Part shown: positions 31,681 to 41,669 of the stretch, piece after piece
How the letters are laid out: each line of letters opens with the position of its first letter
Numbering within the stretch: the first letter of the stretch is position 1
Position numbers and translations under genes: made by a program
From: Verrucomicrobiota bacterium
Lineage (GTDB): Bacteria; Verrucomicrobiota; Verrucomicrobiia; Limisphaerales; UBA8199
DNA length: 63,553 nt
Assembly (NCBI GenBank): GCA_039806935.1
Contig: JBDHQH010000006.1
Location: 1-63,553, forward strand
Direction of reading: 5' to 3'
The notes under the pieces: model-generated
Seen by the model: only the letters and a program-made list of their open reading frames with translations
Databases searched by the model: none
What the model was told of the DNA's origin: nothing

Positions 31681-32523
31681 TCACTCGCTCGTCCGTAAGC
31701 GGTGCGTTTCGCGGCGCGCGGCCCACCGTGCAGCGGCAGGCACAAATGCCTCCAGTCCCGGAGTTTGCTCGGGATGCGGACTGACGCAGACCACGCGGCC
31801 TTGCTCATACGCCGCGGAAAAAATGGCGGGGGTGTTGCTCATCACCCCGGCGGGGGAGTCGTGCTTTGCCAATTCCGTGCGGAACCATGCCCAAACCTCA
31901 TAGGGGGGCAGCGTCGCGGTTTGCGCCGGTCCAACGACCGGCCCATTGGCGTAGAGGACCTGGAGGTCGTTTCTCGCTTCCCCGAGGATGCGGCGTCCGC
32001 TCCCGGCCAGTTCGATTGCAACCTGGCCGCGGCCACGCCTCCATCTGGGGGAGACCGTTTTGGCGTCGATAAGACCCAGACTCCAGGCGAAGCCGCTGGT
32101 GGCCAGATAGGCGCCGGCGCAAATGCCAATATATCCGCCTCCGCGAGCGATGAATCGCCGCACTGCTTCGCGTCCGCCCGCGCCGATCGCCGCCGCTTGC
32201 CCGCTGCCGCTGCCGCCGGGAAAAATCACCACGTCGAAATTCGTCAAGGCGCCGGCGCGGATTTCCTCGGGAGAAATACGGCGGGCGGCAAACCCCGGGT
32301 CACGGCTGAACTCCCGTATCAGGCTCGAGGGACCTTTCCCGCCCGCCCCGGGCCCTTGATAGAGCGCCACCCGCAAGGCTCCGCTCTGGTCCGGCTGGCT
32401 GTCCGCGCGCGCCGCGGGACCATTCGCGAATGGAGCGCCGGCGAGAGGGGCAACGGACCACGCGATCGCCAGCAGGACAGCTGCCGGCAGGCGGCGGCGT
32501 GAGTGCTCCGGGGCGCTGCTCAT
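31681..32523 (-). CDS. Secreted class I glutamine amidotransferase-like (BPL_N-type) protein
   Basis: Signal peptide; IFPGGSG, GYIGICAGAY (nucleophile elbow), YANGP, SPHPE. Confidence 0.75.
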   Translation of the reverse strand: MSSAPEHSRRRLPAAVLLAIAWSVAPLAGAPFANGPAARADSQPDQSGALRVALYQGPGAGGKGPSSLIREFSRDPGFAARRISPEEIRAGALTNFDVVIFPGGSGSGQAAAIGAGGREAVRRFIARGGGYIGICAGAYLATSGFAWSLGLIDAKTVSPRWRRGRGQVAIELAGSGRRILGEARNDLQVLYANGPVVGPAQTATLPPYEVWAWFRTELAKHDSPAGVMSNTPAIFSAAYEQGRVVCVSPHPEQTPGLEAFVPAAARWAARRETHRLRTSE

Positions 32524-32526
32524 GCG

Positions 32527-33300
32527 TCAGGCGGGCGCTCCCGCTTCCCGCTGCAGCCAGTCGTAACCTTTTTCCTCCAATTCCATGGCCAGGCGCTTGT
32601 CGCCGCTGCGTAGAATTCTTCCATCCATCAAAACATGCACGTAATCCGGCACAATATAGTTCAGGAGCCGTTGGTAATGAGTGATGACGAGTTGCGCGTT
32701 TTCGGGCCCCCGCAATTTGTTCACTCCGTTGGACACCACCTTGAGCGCGTCGATATCCAAGCCGGAGTCGGTCTCATCCAACACCGCCAGCCGGGGTTCC
32801 AGCACCGCCATTTGGAAGATTTCGTTGCGCTTTTTTTCGCCGCCGGAGAAGCCCTCGTTCACCGAACGCCGCAGCAAGTCCTCCTTCAGCTCGAGGATCT
32901 TCATTTTGCCGCGAACGAGTTCAAGGAACTCCATGGCGTCCAATTCCGGCAGGCCCTTGTGCTTGCGCAATTCATTCACGGCCGCCTTGAGGAAAACGGT
33001 GCTATTCACGCCGGGAATTTCCACCGGGTATTGGAACGCCAGAAACAGGCCCTCGCGGGCGCGCTCCTCGGGACCCAAATCCAGCAGATCCTGGCCGTTG
33101 TATAACACCTCGCCGCCAGTGATCTCGTAGCCGTCCCGGCCCGCCAAAATGGCCGCCAGGGTGCTCTTGCCGCTGCCGTTCGGGCCCATCACCGCATGCA
33201 CCTCGCCCAGGCGCATGGTCAGATTCACGCCTTTGAGGATTGCTTTTCCCTCCACGCCGGCGTGGAGGTTTCGAATTTCCAAAATGGGAGTCGTTGCCAT
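32527..33300 (-). CDS. sufC: Fe-S cluster assembly ATPase
   Basis: MGPNGSGKST, LAFQYPVEIPGV, NEGFSGGEKKRNE, LDETDSGLDIDAL, ITHYQRLL. Confidence 0.96.
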   Translation of the reverse strand: MATTPILEIRNLHAGVEGKAILKGVNLTMRLGEVHAVMGPNGSGKSTLAAILAGRDGYEITGGEVLYNGQDLLDLGPEERAREGLFLAFQYPVEIPGVNSTVFLKAAVNELRKHKGLPELDAMEFLELVRGKMKILELKEDLLRRSVNEGFSGGEKKRNEIFQMAVLEPRLAVLDETDSGLDIDALKVVSNGVNKLRGPENAQLVITHYQRLLNYIVPDYVHVLMDGRILRSGDKRLAMELEEKGYDWLQREAGAPA

Positions 33301-33317
33301 AAATCCAATGTATGCCT

Positions 33318-34766
33318 TTAACCGACGCTGCCTTCCAGGCTGACGTTCAGCAGCTTTTGAGCCTCGACCGCGAACTCCATCGGGAGCTCGCGGAAAACCT
33401 CTTTGCAAAACCCGTTCACGATCAGATTCACCGCGTCCTGCGTCTCGAGTCCGCGTTGATTGCAGTAGAAGATCTGGTCCTCGCCGATTTTCGATGTCGA
33501 AGCCTCGTGCTCGAGGCGGGCGGTGGGGTTTTTGACTTCAATGTAGGGAAAGGTGTGGGCCCCGCATTGGTCACCCAACAGCAGAGAATCGCACTGCGAA
33601 AAATTGCGGGCGTTGGCCGCACCCTTCTGGATCTTCACCTGGCCGCGGTAGCTGTTCTGGCCGCGCCCGGCGGAGATGCCCTTGGAAATGATGGTGCTGC
33701 GGGTATTCCTGCCCACATGAATCATCTTTGTGCCGGTATCAGCTTGCTGGAAGTGATTGGTGACCGCGACGGAGTAAAATTCACCCGCCGAGCCATCGCC
33801 CAGCAGCACGCAACTGGGATACTTCCAAGTGATCGCCGAGCCCGTCTCGACTTGGGTCCAGCAAATTTTCGAGTTTTTGCCTTTGCAAAGCCCGCGTTTG
33901 GTCACGAAATTGTAAATGCCTCCCCGGCCCTGCTCGTCCCCCGGGTACCAGTTTTGGACGGTCGAGTATTTGATCTGCGCATTGTCCATCGCGATCAACT
34001 CCACCACCGCGGCGTGCAATTGGTGCTCGTCGCGCATGGGCGCGGTGCAACCCTCGAGGTAGCTCACGTGCGCCCCCTCCTCGGCAATGATCAGCGTGCG
34101 CTCAAACTGCCCGGTGTTCGCGGCGTTGATCCGGAAGTAGGTGGAGAGTTCCATCGGGCAGCGCACGCCTTTGGGGATATAACAAAACGATCCGTCGCTG
34201 AAAACTGCGGAATTCAGCGCCGCGAAAAAATTATCCGCCGGCGGCACCACCGTGCCCAGGTATTTCCTTACCAGTTCGGGGTGGGTTTGGACCGCCTCGC
34301 TGAACGAGCAGAAGATGATGCCTTTTTCCGCCAGCTTTTCCTTGAACGTAGTGCCCACGGAAACACTATCGAATACTGCGTCCACCGCCACCCCCGCCAG
34401 CCGCTCGCGCTCGCGGAGGGGAATCCCGAGTTTCTCGTAGGTTTCCAGCAGCTTGGGATCCACCTCGTCCAGGCTTTTGGGGCCGTCGCCCTTTTTTTTG
34501 GGCGCGGAGTAATAACTGGATTCCTGGTAGGGGATCGGCGGGTACTTGACCTTCGCCCAGGCGGGCTCCCTCAGCGTCAGCCAATGACGAAACGCCTTCA
34601 GCCGCCATTCCAGCAGGAAAGGCGGTTCGTTCTTCCGAGCGGAAATGAACCGCACGGTGTCCTCATTCAAACCCGGCGGCGCGGATTCGGCCTCCACGTC
34701 CGTGTAAAAGCCGTACTTGTATTCCTGTTTGACCAGCCCTTCGATGGTCGCGTTGGCGGTGCTCAT
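33318..34766 (-). CDS. sufB: Fe-S cluster assembly scaffold
   Basis: [64 protein letters not shown]. Confidence 0.96.
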   Translation of the reverse strand: MSTANATIEGLVKQEYKYGFYTDVEAESAPPGLNEDTVRFISARKNEPPFLLEWRLKAFRHWLTLREPAWAKVKYPPIPYQESSYYSAPKKKGDGPKSLDEVDPKLLETYEKLGIPLRERERLAGVAVDAVFDSVSVGTTFKEKLAEKGIIFCSFSEAVQTHPELVRKYLGTVVPPADNFFAALNSAVFSDGSFCYIPKGVRCPMELSTYFRINAANTGQFERTLIIAEEGAHVSYLEGCTAPMRDEHQLHAAVVELIAMDNAQIKYSTVQNWYPGDEQGRGGIYNFVTKRGLCKGKNSKICWTQVETGSAITWKYPSCVLLGDGSAGEFYSVAVTNHFQQADTGTKMIHVGRNTRSTIISKGISAGRGQNSYRGQVKIQKGAANARNFSQCDSLLLGDQCGAHTFPYIEVKNPTARLEHEASTSKIGEDQIFYCNQRGLETQDAVNLIVNGFCKEVFRELPMEFAVEAQKLLNVSLEGSVG

Positions 34767-34804
34767 GTGTTTAAAGATTTAAAATGTCCGCAATTCCGGG
34801 AATT

Positions 34805-35248
34805 TCACCCCCGGCGCGCGCCGCCTTTGGCGCACGCCGCGCAGAGGCCGTGGATGGTCACCTCGGTGCTCCGCGCCAGGTAGCCCGGAGCCAGTTTTAC
34901 GCCGCCGGCCTCGGGCAGCGTAACGTCCTCAATCCGGCCGCAACGATCACAGCAAAAATGCCCGTGTTCGCGCATATTCGGGCAGTAACGCGCCGCGCCG
35001 CGCTCGAGCGCCAACTGCCGGACCAAACCGCAGGCCACGAGGGCTTCAAGACTGTTATAGACAGTCGCCATCGAGATCTCCGGCAGATGCCGTTTGGCCC
35101 GCATAAACAATTCTTCGGCCGTGGGATGATCCCGCTTGCGCAATAGTTCCGCGTACACTTCCTCGCGCCGCGGAGTGGGCCGCAGCCCGCTCGTCGCCAG
35201 CCGCTTCGTCAGCCGCGTGTGCGCGGGGGATTGGCTTTCCGATTCCAT
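34805..35248 (-). CDS. Fur-family transcriptional regulator (PerR/Irr-like)
   Basis: GLRPTPRR, DHPTAEEL, ISMATVYNSL, HGHFCCDRCG, HGLCAAC. Confidence 0.9.
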   Translation of the reverse strand: MESESQSPAHTRLTKRLATSGLRPTPRREEVYAELLRKRDHPTAEELFMRAKRHLPEISMATVYNSLEALVACGLVRQLALERGAARYCPNMREHGHFCCDRCGRIEDVTLPEAGGVKLAPGYLARSTEVTIHGLCAACAKGGARRG

Positions 35249-35275
35249 GCCTGGCCGGACGTTTCCAGCCGGGGC

Positions 35276-35303
35276 AAACTACTCGATCCGAGACGTCTGT
35301 CAA
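35276..35303 (-). promoter_or_regulatory. Putative sigma70 promoter of fur-sufB-sufC
   Basis: Minus strand TTGACA-16 nt-TAGTTT. Confidence 0.55.
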
Positions 35304-35306
35304 TAC

Positions 35307-35321
35307 TTAGAATTATTCTAA
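35307..35321. promoter_or_regulatory. Fur-family operator (perfect 7-1-7 inverted repeat)
   Basis: TTAGAAT-T-ATTCTAA, AT-rich island abutting the -35 of the Fur-family gene. Confidence 0.75.
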
Positions 35322-35324
35322 ATA

Positions 35325-36653
35325 TTACCCGCCCAGCGAACCGGGATCCGAGACATCGCCCTGATTGAATTCCACATATTCCGCAGTCAGATCCGCCGCG
35401 TAAATCAACGCCGCCGCCCGGCCCAGGTTTAACCGGATATGCAGGTCAAATTCCGGCGGCGCCACCGCCGCGCAGAGGTCGCGAAAGCTCGCCGCGGCGG
35501 GCTGCCCTCGCCGCAAACTCCAGACGATCTCCCGGGAGCCGGGCGCGCTGTAGCCCACATCGACCTTTGCTTCCACCACGCGCGCCGAACTGTAGCCTAG
35601 CGCGTCCATGATCCGGCCCCAATTCGGATCGCCGCCGTGCCAACTCGTTTTGACCAGCGCGCTGTTCGCCACCGCGCGAGCGGCGGCATCGGCTTCCGCT
35701 GGATTCCGGGCGCCGCTCAGGCGCACGGTGACAAAGCGCGACACGCCTTCGCCGTCGCGGACGATCATTTTCGCCAGGTCGAGGCAGACTTGGTTGAGCG
35801 CCGCTTGAAATTCACTGAAACCGGAGGACTGGGGGGTTGTCAGCACCGCGTTTTCCGCCGCGCCGTTCGCCAGCGCGAGCACCGTGTCGTTGGTGCTCAT
35901 ATCCCCGTCCACGGTGATGCGGTTGAAGCTCAGGGCGACGGCTTGGGCGAGAGCCCGCTGCAGCGGGCGCGGACGGATCGCCGCGTCCGTGGTGAGGAAG
36001 CAAAGCATGGTAGCGTGCAAAGGGGTGGCGGCCGGGCGTTTGCCGGTGGCGCTCATGCCGGGATGGATCATCCCCGCGCCCTTGCAGATGCCTCCGAGAC
36101 GGACTGGCTTGCCGCCAATGCGAAATTCGACCGCTGCGGCTTTGGGACGCGTGTCGCTGGTCATGATAGCTTCGGCCGCCCAGGCCGCATGTTCCGCTGT
36201 CGAGCCAAGCATCGTGGCCGCCTCGATGATCCCGGCCCGCACCTGATCCATCGGCATCGGCACCCCGATGCGTCCGGTGGAACCGACCAGGGCCGTCCCC
36301 GGCGGGAAATCGAGGGCCTGCTCGGCGAAGCGCGCCATTTCCAGGGCGTCTTTCATCCCCCGCCGTCCGGTGCAGGCGTTCGCATTTCCGGAATTGGCCA
36401 CCACCATTCGCGCGCCCGGCCGCCCCACGCGTTCCAGGCACACCTTCACGGGCGCGGCGCAAACCTGGTTGGTGGTAAACAAGCCTGCCACGCTCGCCGG
36501 GCGGTCACTGACGATCAGGGCCAGATCCCGCTTGTCGCCCTTCTCCGAGCCTTTGCCCGTGCCCAGGCGTTTGATATCGCAAAACACCCCCGCCGCGCGG
36601 AATCCCCGAGCCGCGACCACCGAGCCTTCCACCGTCTTGAATGGTTTCCTCAT
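35325..36653 (-). CDS. argJ: Ornithine acetyltransferase / N-acetylglutamate synthase
   Basis: FTTNQVCAAPV, NSGNANACTG, STGRIG, IMTSDT, KGAGMIHP, ATMLCF, DGDMSTND, DGEG, GGDPNWGR. Confidence 0.95.
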   Translation of the reverse strand: MRKPFKTVEGSVVAARGFRAAGVFCDIKRLGTGKGSEKGDKRDLALIVSDRPASVAGLFTTNQVCAAPVKVCLERVGRPGARMVVANSGNANACTGRRGMKDALEMARFAEQALDFPPGTALVGSTGRIGVPMPMDQVRAGIIEAATMLGSTAEHAAWAAEAIMTSDTRPKAAAVEFRIGGKPVRLGGICKGAGMIHPGMSATGKRPAATPLHATMLCFLTTDAAIRPRPLQRALAQAVALSFNRITVDGDMSTNDTVLALANGAAENAVLTTPQSSGFSEFQAALNQVCLDLAKMIVRDGEGVSRFVTVRLSGARNPAEADAAARAVANSALVKTSWHGGDPNWGRIMDALGYSSARVVEAKVDVGYSAPGSREIVWSLRRGQPAAASFRDLCAAVAPPEFDLHIRLNLGRAAALIYAADLTAEYVEFNQGDVSDPGSLGG

Positions 36654-36798
36654 CTCAGCAACATCGGATAGCGCAAAGCCCGGCTTCGAACAATCCGAAA
36701 ACGATTCCCGCGGTTGCGCATTGACTTCCGCCGCTGGTGCTCTACGGTTGCGCGCGCTTTAGAACTCAGTTATTATCAGCTTGCTTGAGATTTTAATT

Positions 36799-37062
36799 AT
36801 GCCGAATACCAAATCAGCGGAACGACGGATGAGAGGCAACGCCCGGAAACAGGCGCGCAATCGCGGAGTGAAATCGCGCCTGCGCACCCTGGAGAAAAAT
36901 TATCTGACTCTGGTGGCCGCAGGGAAGAAGGAGGAAGCCACCCAGAGCATCCGTGAAATGAGCTCCGCCTACGACCGCGCCGCCAAGGCCGGAGTCGTCC
37001 ATCGTGCAACGGCCAACCGCAAAAAATCGCGCCTGGCGTTGCGCCTGGCCGCCGTGAAGTAA
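36799..37062 (+). CDS. rpsT: 30S ribosomal protein S20
   Basis: MPNTKSAERR...N...KSRLRT...DRAAKAGVVHRATANRKKSRL. Confidence 0.95.
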   Translation: MPNTKSAERRMRGNARKQARNRGVKSRLRTLEKNYLTLVAAGKKEEATQSIREMSSAYDRAAKAGVVHRATANRKKSRLALRLAAVK

Positions 37063-37127
37063 CTCCCTTCCCCGCGGGAAGCGACTCGTCGTCGTTTGCA
37101 GTCGCCCGCCAAAACACCACTGCCCGC

Positions 37128-39809
37128 TTACGGCCCCGCTATAATCCGGTAATAGCGGGCGCCTGATTGTACTGAATCACTGACCACGCAAGTGCTGTTC
37201 GTGGCAGTGATTTGTCCGGGCAATTCGTGCCATTCCGCGGCTTCCAGGCCAGCCTTGAACTGCACCCGGTAGGTTTGTCCGGGGACGGCATTCCAGCCGA
37301 GAATGATGTCGGGACCGGCCCACGTCACCGTGGCTCGAATGCTCTCCGGCAACACCAGGACCTGGAAGGTGCGTAGATCACTAAGCGGAGGCGTGCCGTC
37401 GTCGGTAACGCGCACCTTGAAACCGTTTGTGGTGTTGGCCGCGGCCAACGGCGCCAGCCAACTGAGCACGCCCGAAACCGGGTCCAGCACCGCCCCGGCG
37501 GGACTCCCCGGATCAAGACTAAACCGGAGGGTATTGGCTGGAAGGTCGGGATCCGACGCCGAATTGGTCACCCATAAGACCTCGCCGACAACCATGGTCT
37601 GGTCCGGAATGGCCGCCAGAATCGGTGGACGGTTGCTCTCCAACACGGTGACTGAAAAGGCCCTTGTCGCGCTCAGTTGCTTGCGGTTGACCGCCTCGGG
37701 GCTGTCGTCTGTCACGCGCGCGGTGATGGTATAGATGCCCGGCCCCTGCTCTTCCGAGGGCACCCAGAGAAAAGCCCCAGTCACCGGGTCCACTTCCGCC
37801 CCGGCGGGAGCGCCAGGATCCAGGCTGAAGGTGAGTTGGTTGGCCGGCAGATCCGGATCGCTTGCGGTCAGGAAAAAGGCAAGCGGTAGTCCTTCGGTGA
37901 TCGTCTGATCGGAGATCGCGGCCAGCACCGGCGGCAGGTTCGATTCCAGCACGGCCACCTGAATGGTCTCGAGGTCGCTCAAAGGCGGTGTGCCATTGTC
38001 GCTTGCTCGAAAAGTCAAAGCAAAGACTCCGGGGCCTTGCGCTTCGGTGGGGGTCCACGAGAACGCACCCGAGCGGGCATCGATTGTCGCCCCCGCGGGG
38101 GCGCCCGCGGCGAGGCTGAAGGTGAGGACGTTGGAGTTTACGACAGCAAAGTTGTCCAGGTAGAGATTATAGACACCGCCGGCGCTCGACACCGGCACGA
38201 TCGCGAGATGCTCCAACACTCCCAGACCTGAGGGCGTCGAGAGGACATCGTTGCCGCCGACGAAATTCCGAATCGATTCGTAAGGCAGGTCAAAAGTGAC
38301 CGTTTGCCAACTGCCCGCCGGGATGATCCGCGACGGCACGGGCGCGCCCGTGCCCGTGACATTGGTAACTCCCGCCCACTCGAGACTCCCGGTTCCCCCG
38401 CCATTCGAGCCGATGGCGGCGCCAGCGGCAACCGTGGTCTCCCGCAGCCCGATGCCCAGACGGATTGGTTTATCGCAAAAAACATCAAACCGCAGCACCT
38501 GGGTGAAATCGATGACCGGATTGGGGAGGACCGGCGCGCTGGCGGTGGTCAAGCGCAGCCAGGGCTCCGTCGCGGCGGCGGCGAAACCCCAGGTGGCCTT
38601 GAGCACCCGGGCGCTCGCGTGTCCCGCCGGGAAACTGCCGACCACGGTCGTGCTGGCCGCCACGGCCGAGTCCACCCCGCGACTGGAACCCGAGTAGCCG
38701 GGTGAACGAAATAACACCTCGCTGGCGCCGGAGGCGAAGGACTCGAAATCGGTGATCAACGCCGCCTGCCCCACCGCGGAGTCGGAAGCGGAGACCGTGA
38801 ACTGCAACGGCGTGGTTTCCACCACCGTTTTATCTCCGATTACCGCCAGGACCGGCGGACTGTTGGCGGTGGTCGCGCTCTGAATCTCGGTGTAAGCGGA
38901 ATCGCCGTTCGCATTATAGGCGCGGATCCGATAATAATAAGTGGTCGAAGGAGCGAGGCCGCCGCTCACGTAGGCAGCCACGTTCACTCCGACAATGGCG
39001 ATCTGCGACCAGGGACCGTTGAGGCTCAGGGCGCGCTCGATTTTGAACCCGGTTTCGTTGGTCGCATTGTCCCGCCACGTAAGGCGGATTTGAGTGGTGC
39101 TCAAAGATGCCGCCGCGAGATTGGAGGGCGCTCCGGGCGCGTCCAGGATCAAGGCCATGAAATAATCCCAATTCCAGTAAACTCCAGGATCAGTATGCGA
39201 CTGGCTGGGATTGCTGCAAGTGCCGCTCATGCCGATGCCGCTGCCGGCCAGCCAACTCAGCCAGGCGGCATTCTGCCATTCGCCGTGCCCGATGATGTGA
39301 TTCCGGTCCTTTGGAATTCCCCAGGTTTCACACAGGTGCCGTTGCAACGCCGCCGAAGCGCGGTACATCGCATCCGAGTACCAGGCTGGATTGCCGGCAA
39401 ACCCCTCATGCTCGGTGCCTAAACTATATTGATTCCAACACAGCGCGTGCCAGGCGTAATATTGCTCCCGCACCATCTGGGTAATCTGTCCCGCGGGCGG
39501 ATCATTCGGCCGGTTTTCGGCGTGCCCCTGGGAGTCACTGCCGTTCTGCAGACTGTTCACACAATAATGGATGCTCACCTGCGTTCCGGACTGTTGAATG
39601 TAGGAAATCGTGCTCAGGTAATAACCTTCCATGTCGTGGATGACGCAAAACTTATGCCCATACCCCGTGGTGTACCAATGTCCCGAGGCAGCCGGCGCCC
39701 ATAGTGCGGGGGCGTAATCCGGTTGGGCCAGACAGAATATCGGCGTGAGCAAAATCAAACCTGAGAAAACCCGGAGGCCAGAGGCAACACTGAACAACCG
39801 CATAACCAA
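37128..39809 (-). CDS. Secreted multidomain N-acetylmuramoyl-L-alanine amidase (Amidase_2, FN3, cadherin-like/He_PIG repeats, C-terminal beta domain)
   Basis: VIHDMEG, SIHY, QMVREQYYAWHA, GTEHEG, IIGH, HTDPG; FN3 APSNL..LTWRD..YYYRIRAYN; three NxPPxLAxI...GAxxDxxxGxxxW repeats. Confidence 0.85.
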   Translation of the reverse strand: MVMRLFSVASGLRVFSGLILLTPIFCLAQPDYAPALWAPAASGHWYTTGYGHKFCVIHDMEGYYLSTISYIQQSGTQVSIHYCVNSLQNGSDSQGHAENRPNDPPAGQITQMVREQYYAWHALCWNQYSLGTEHEGFAGNPAWYSDAMYRASAALQRHLCETWGIPKDRNHIIGHGEWQNAAWLSWLAGSGIGMSGTCSNPSQSHTDPGVYWNWDYFMALILDAPGAPSNLAAASLSTTQIRLTWRDNATNETGFKIERALSLNGPWSQIAIVGVNVAAYVSGGLAPSTTYYYRIRAYNANGDSAYTEIQSATTANSPPVLAVIGDKTVVETTPLQFTVSASDSAVGQAALITDFESFASGASEVLFRSPGYSGSSRGVDSAVAASTTVVGSFPAGHASARVLKATWGFAAAATEPWLRLTTASAPVLPNPVIDFTQVLRFDVFCDKPIRLGIGLRETTVAAGAAIGSNGGGTGSLEWAGVTNVTGTGAPVPSRIIPAGSWQTVTFDLPYESIRNFVGGNDVLSTPSGLGVLEHLAIVPVSSAGGVYNLYLDNFAVVNSNVLTFSLAAGAPAGATIDARSGAFSWTPTEAQGPGVFALTFRASDNGTPPLSDLETIQVAVLESNLPPVLAAISDQTITEGLPLAFFLTASDPDLPANQLTFSLDPGAPAGAEVDPVTGAFLWVPSEEQGPGIYTITARVTDDSPEAVNRKQLSATRAFSVTVLESNRPPILAAIPDQTMVVGEVLWVTNSASDPDLPANTLRFSLDPGSPAGAVLDPVSGVLSWLAPLAAANTTNGFKVRVTDDGTPPLSDLRTFQVLVLPESIRATVTWAGPDIILGWNAVPGQTYRVQFKAGLEAAEWHELPGQITATNSTCVVSDSVQSGARYYRIIAGP

Positions 39810-40159
39810 TGAATATCAACAGAAACACATGGGCCGCCCGCTCAGGCGTGAACGTCGCGCTGAAGCCCGGCAACCATCCCGTTAAGGATGGCTGATGGTT
39901 TAAGTTATGTCAAATGACTTGAAAAGCCGCGGATGATCACGCCCGAATTCCGCCATTCCATTTGAACCGGCTCCTCTCCGGAGCACAACTCGCTCATGGA
40001 GGTGCTGAACGAGCCGGCGTTTACCGTCGCTGGGAGGGGAACGAGGCGGCGTGATATCCACGCGCGCCGCCCCGGACCGGCGCCGGGGACCCGGCGCCCG
40101 CCGCTAAAACAGCGCAAGTGCTGCCGTCCTGAACCGAGACCAGATGCCCGGAGAATCGC

Positions 40160-40942
40160 TCAAACCCGGATGGGATGGGCGGTTGAGGCCCTCGAGGAAT
40201 TTGGAAACCGCGCGGATTTCAATAATCCCCATTTCGCCAACCGAAAGCGCAGGCCCGTGCCGAGGCAGCCAAAGCCGTAACGAATGCTGCGCGGCAGGTT
40301 GATCGAAGAGGCCTCCGGGAAGTATTTTGTGGGGCAGCTCACCTCGCCGATCGTAAACCCGTGCCATAGAATTTGCGCCAGCATTTGGTTGTCGAAGACG
40401 AAATCATCCGAATTCCGCGAGAGATCCAGACCTTCGAGCAGCGTCCGGGCGAAGGCCCGGTAGCCGGTGTGATACTCGGAAAGTTTCGCCCCCAACAGCA
40501 GATTCTCCACCGCGGTAAGAAAACGATTGGAAACGTATTTCCAGAGCGGCATGCCTCCGGCCAGGGCATACCCCCCAAGAATCCGGCTCGCCAGCACGCA
40601 GGGGTGCAGGCCATTGGCGATGATCGAGACCATGGCGGGAATCAGCCTGGGTGTGTACTGGTAGTCCGGGTGAATCATGATCACGATGTCCGCCCCCGCG
40701 GCAAGCGCCAGCCGATAGCAGGTCTTCTGATTCCCGCCGTAACCCTTGTTCACCTCGTGAACATACACTCGGACGCCGGGCAATCCGCGCGCCACCGCCA
40801 CGGTCTCATCGTGGCTCCCGTCATCCACCAGAATGATTTCGTCCACGATCCTTTGATCGCGGACCTCCTCATAAGTCCGGCGGAGGGTCCTGGCGGCGTT
40901 GTAGGCCGGCATAACCACAACGATTTTCTGGCCCAGGTACAT
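40160..40942 (-). CDS. Glycosyltransferase family 2
   Basis: VVMPAYNAA, LVDDGSHD, NKGYGGNQK, IHPDYQY, EYHTGYRAF, DFVFDNQ. Confidence 0.9.
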   Translation of the reverse strand: MYLGQKIVVVMPAYNAARTLRRTYEEVRDQRIVDEIILVDDGSHDETVAVARGLPGVRVYVHEVNKGYGGNQKTCYRLALAAGADIVIMIHPDYQYTPRLIPAMVSIIANGLHPCVLASRILGGYALAGGMPLWKYVSNRFLTAVENLLLGAKLSEYHTGYRAFARTLLEGLDLSRNSDDFVFDNQMLAQILWHGFTIGEVSCPTKYFPEASSINLPRSIRYGFGCLGTGLRFRLAKWGLLKSARFPNSSRASTAHPIRV

Positions 40943-41050
40943 TGAAAGCGCGGCCTGATTAAACCCCAGGCTGCCGCCGCACGGCAACCGTAATGTGCCG
41001 CCCGCGCCGGGAGAGTGGGCAAGCGACCTCGACTCCGTCGGCCAGGCGCG

Positions 41051-41617
<567 letters not shown>

Positions 41618-41669
41618 GCGATACTCCGGGCAGCGTAACCCATTGAGGCGGATTTGAAAACCGCCCTTC

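Noticed and set aside
37360-38130. Repeated DNA segments inside the amidase gene
   Set aside because: In-frame cadherin-like domain repeats, not a CRISPR array or mobile element
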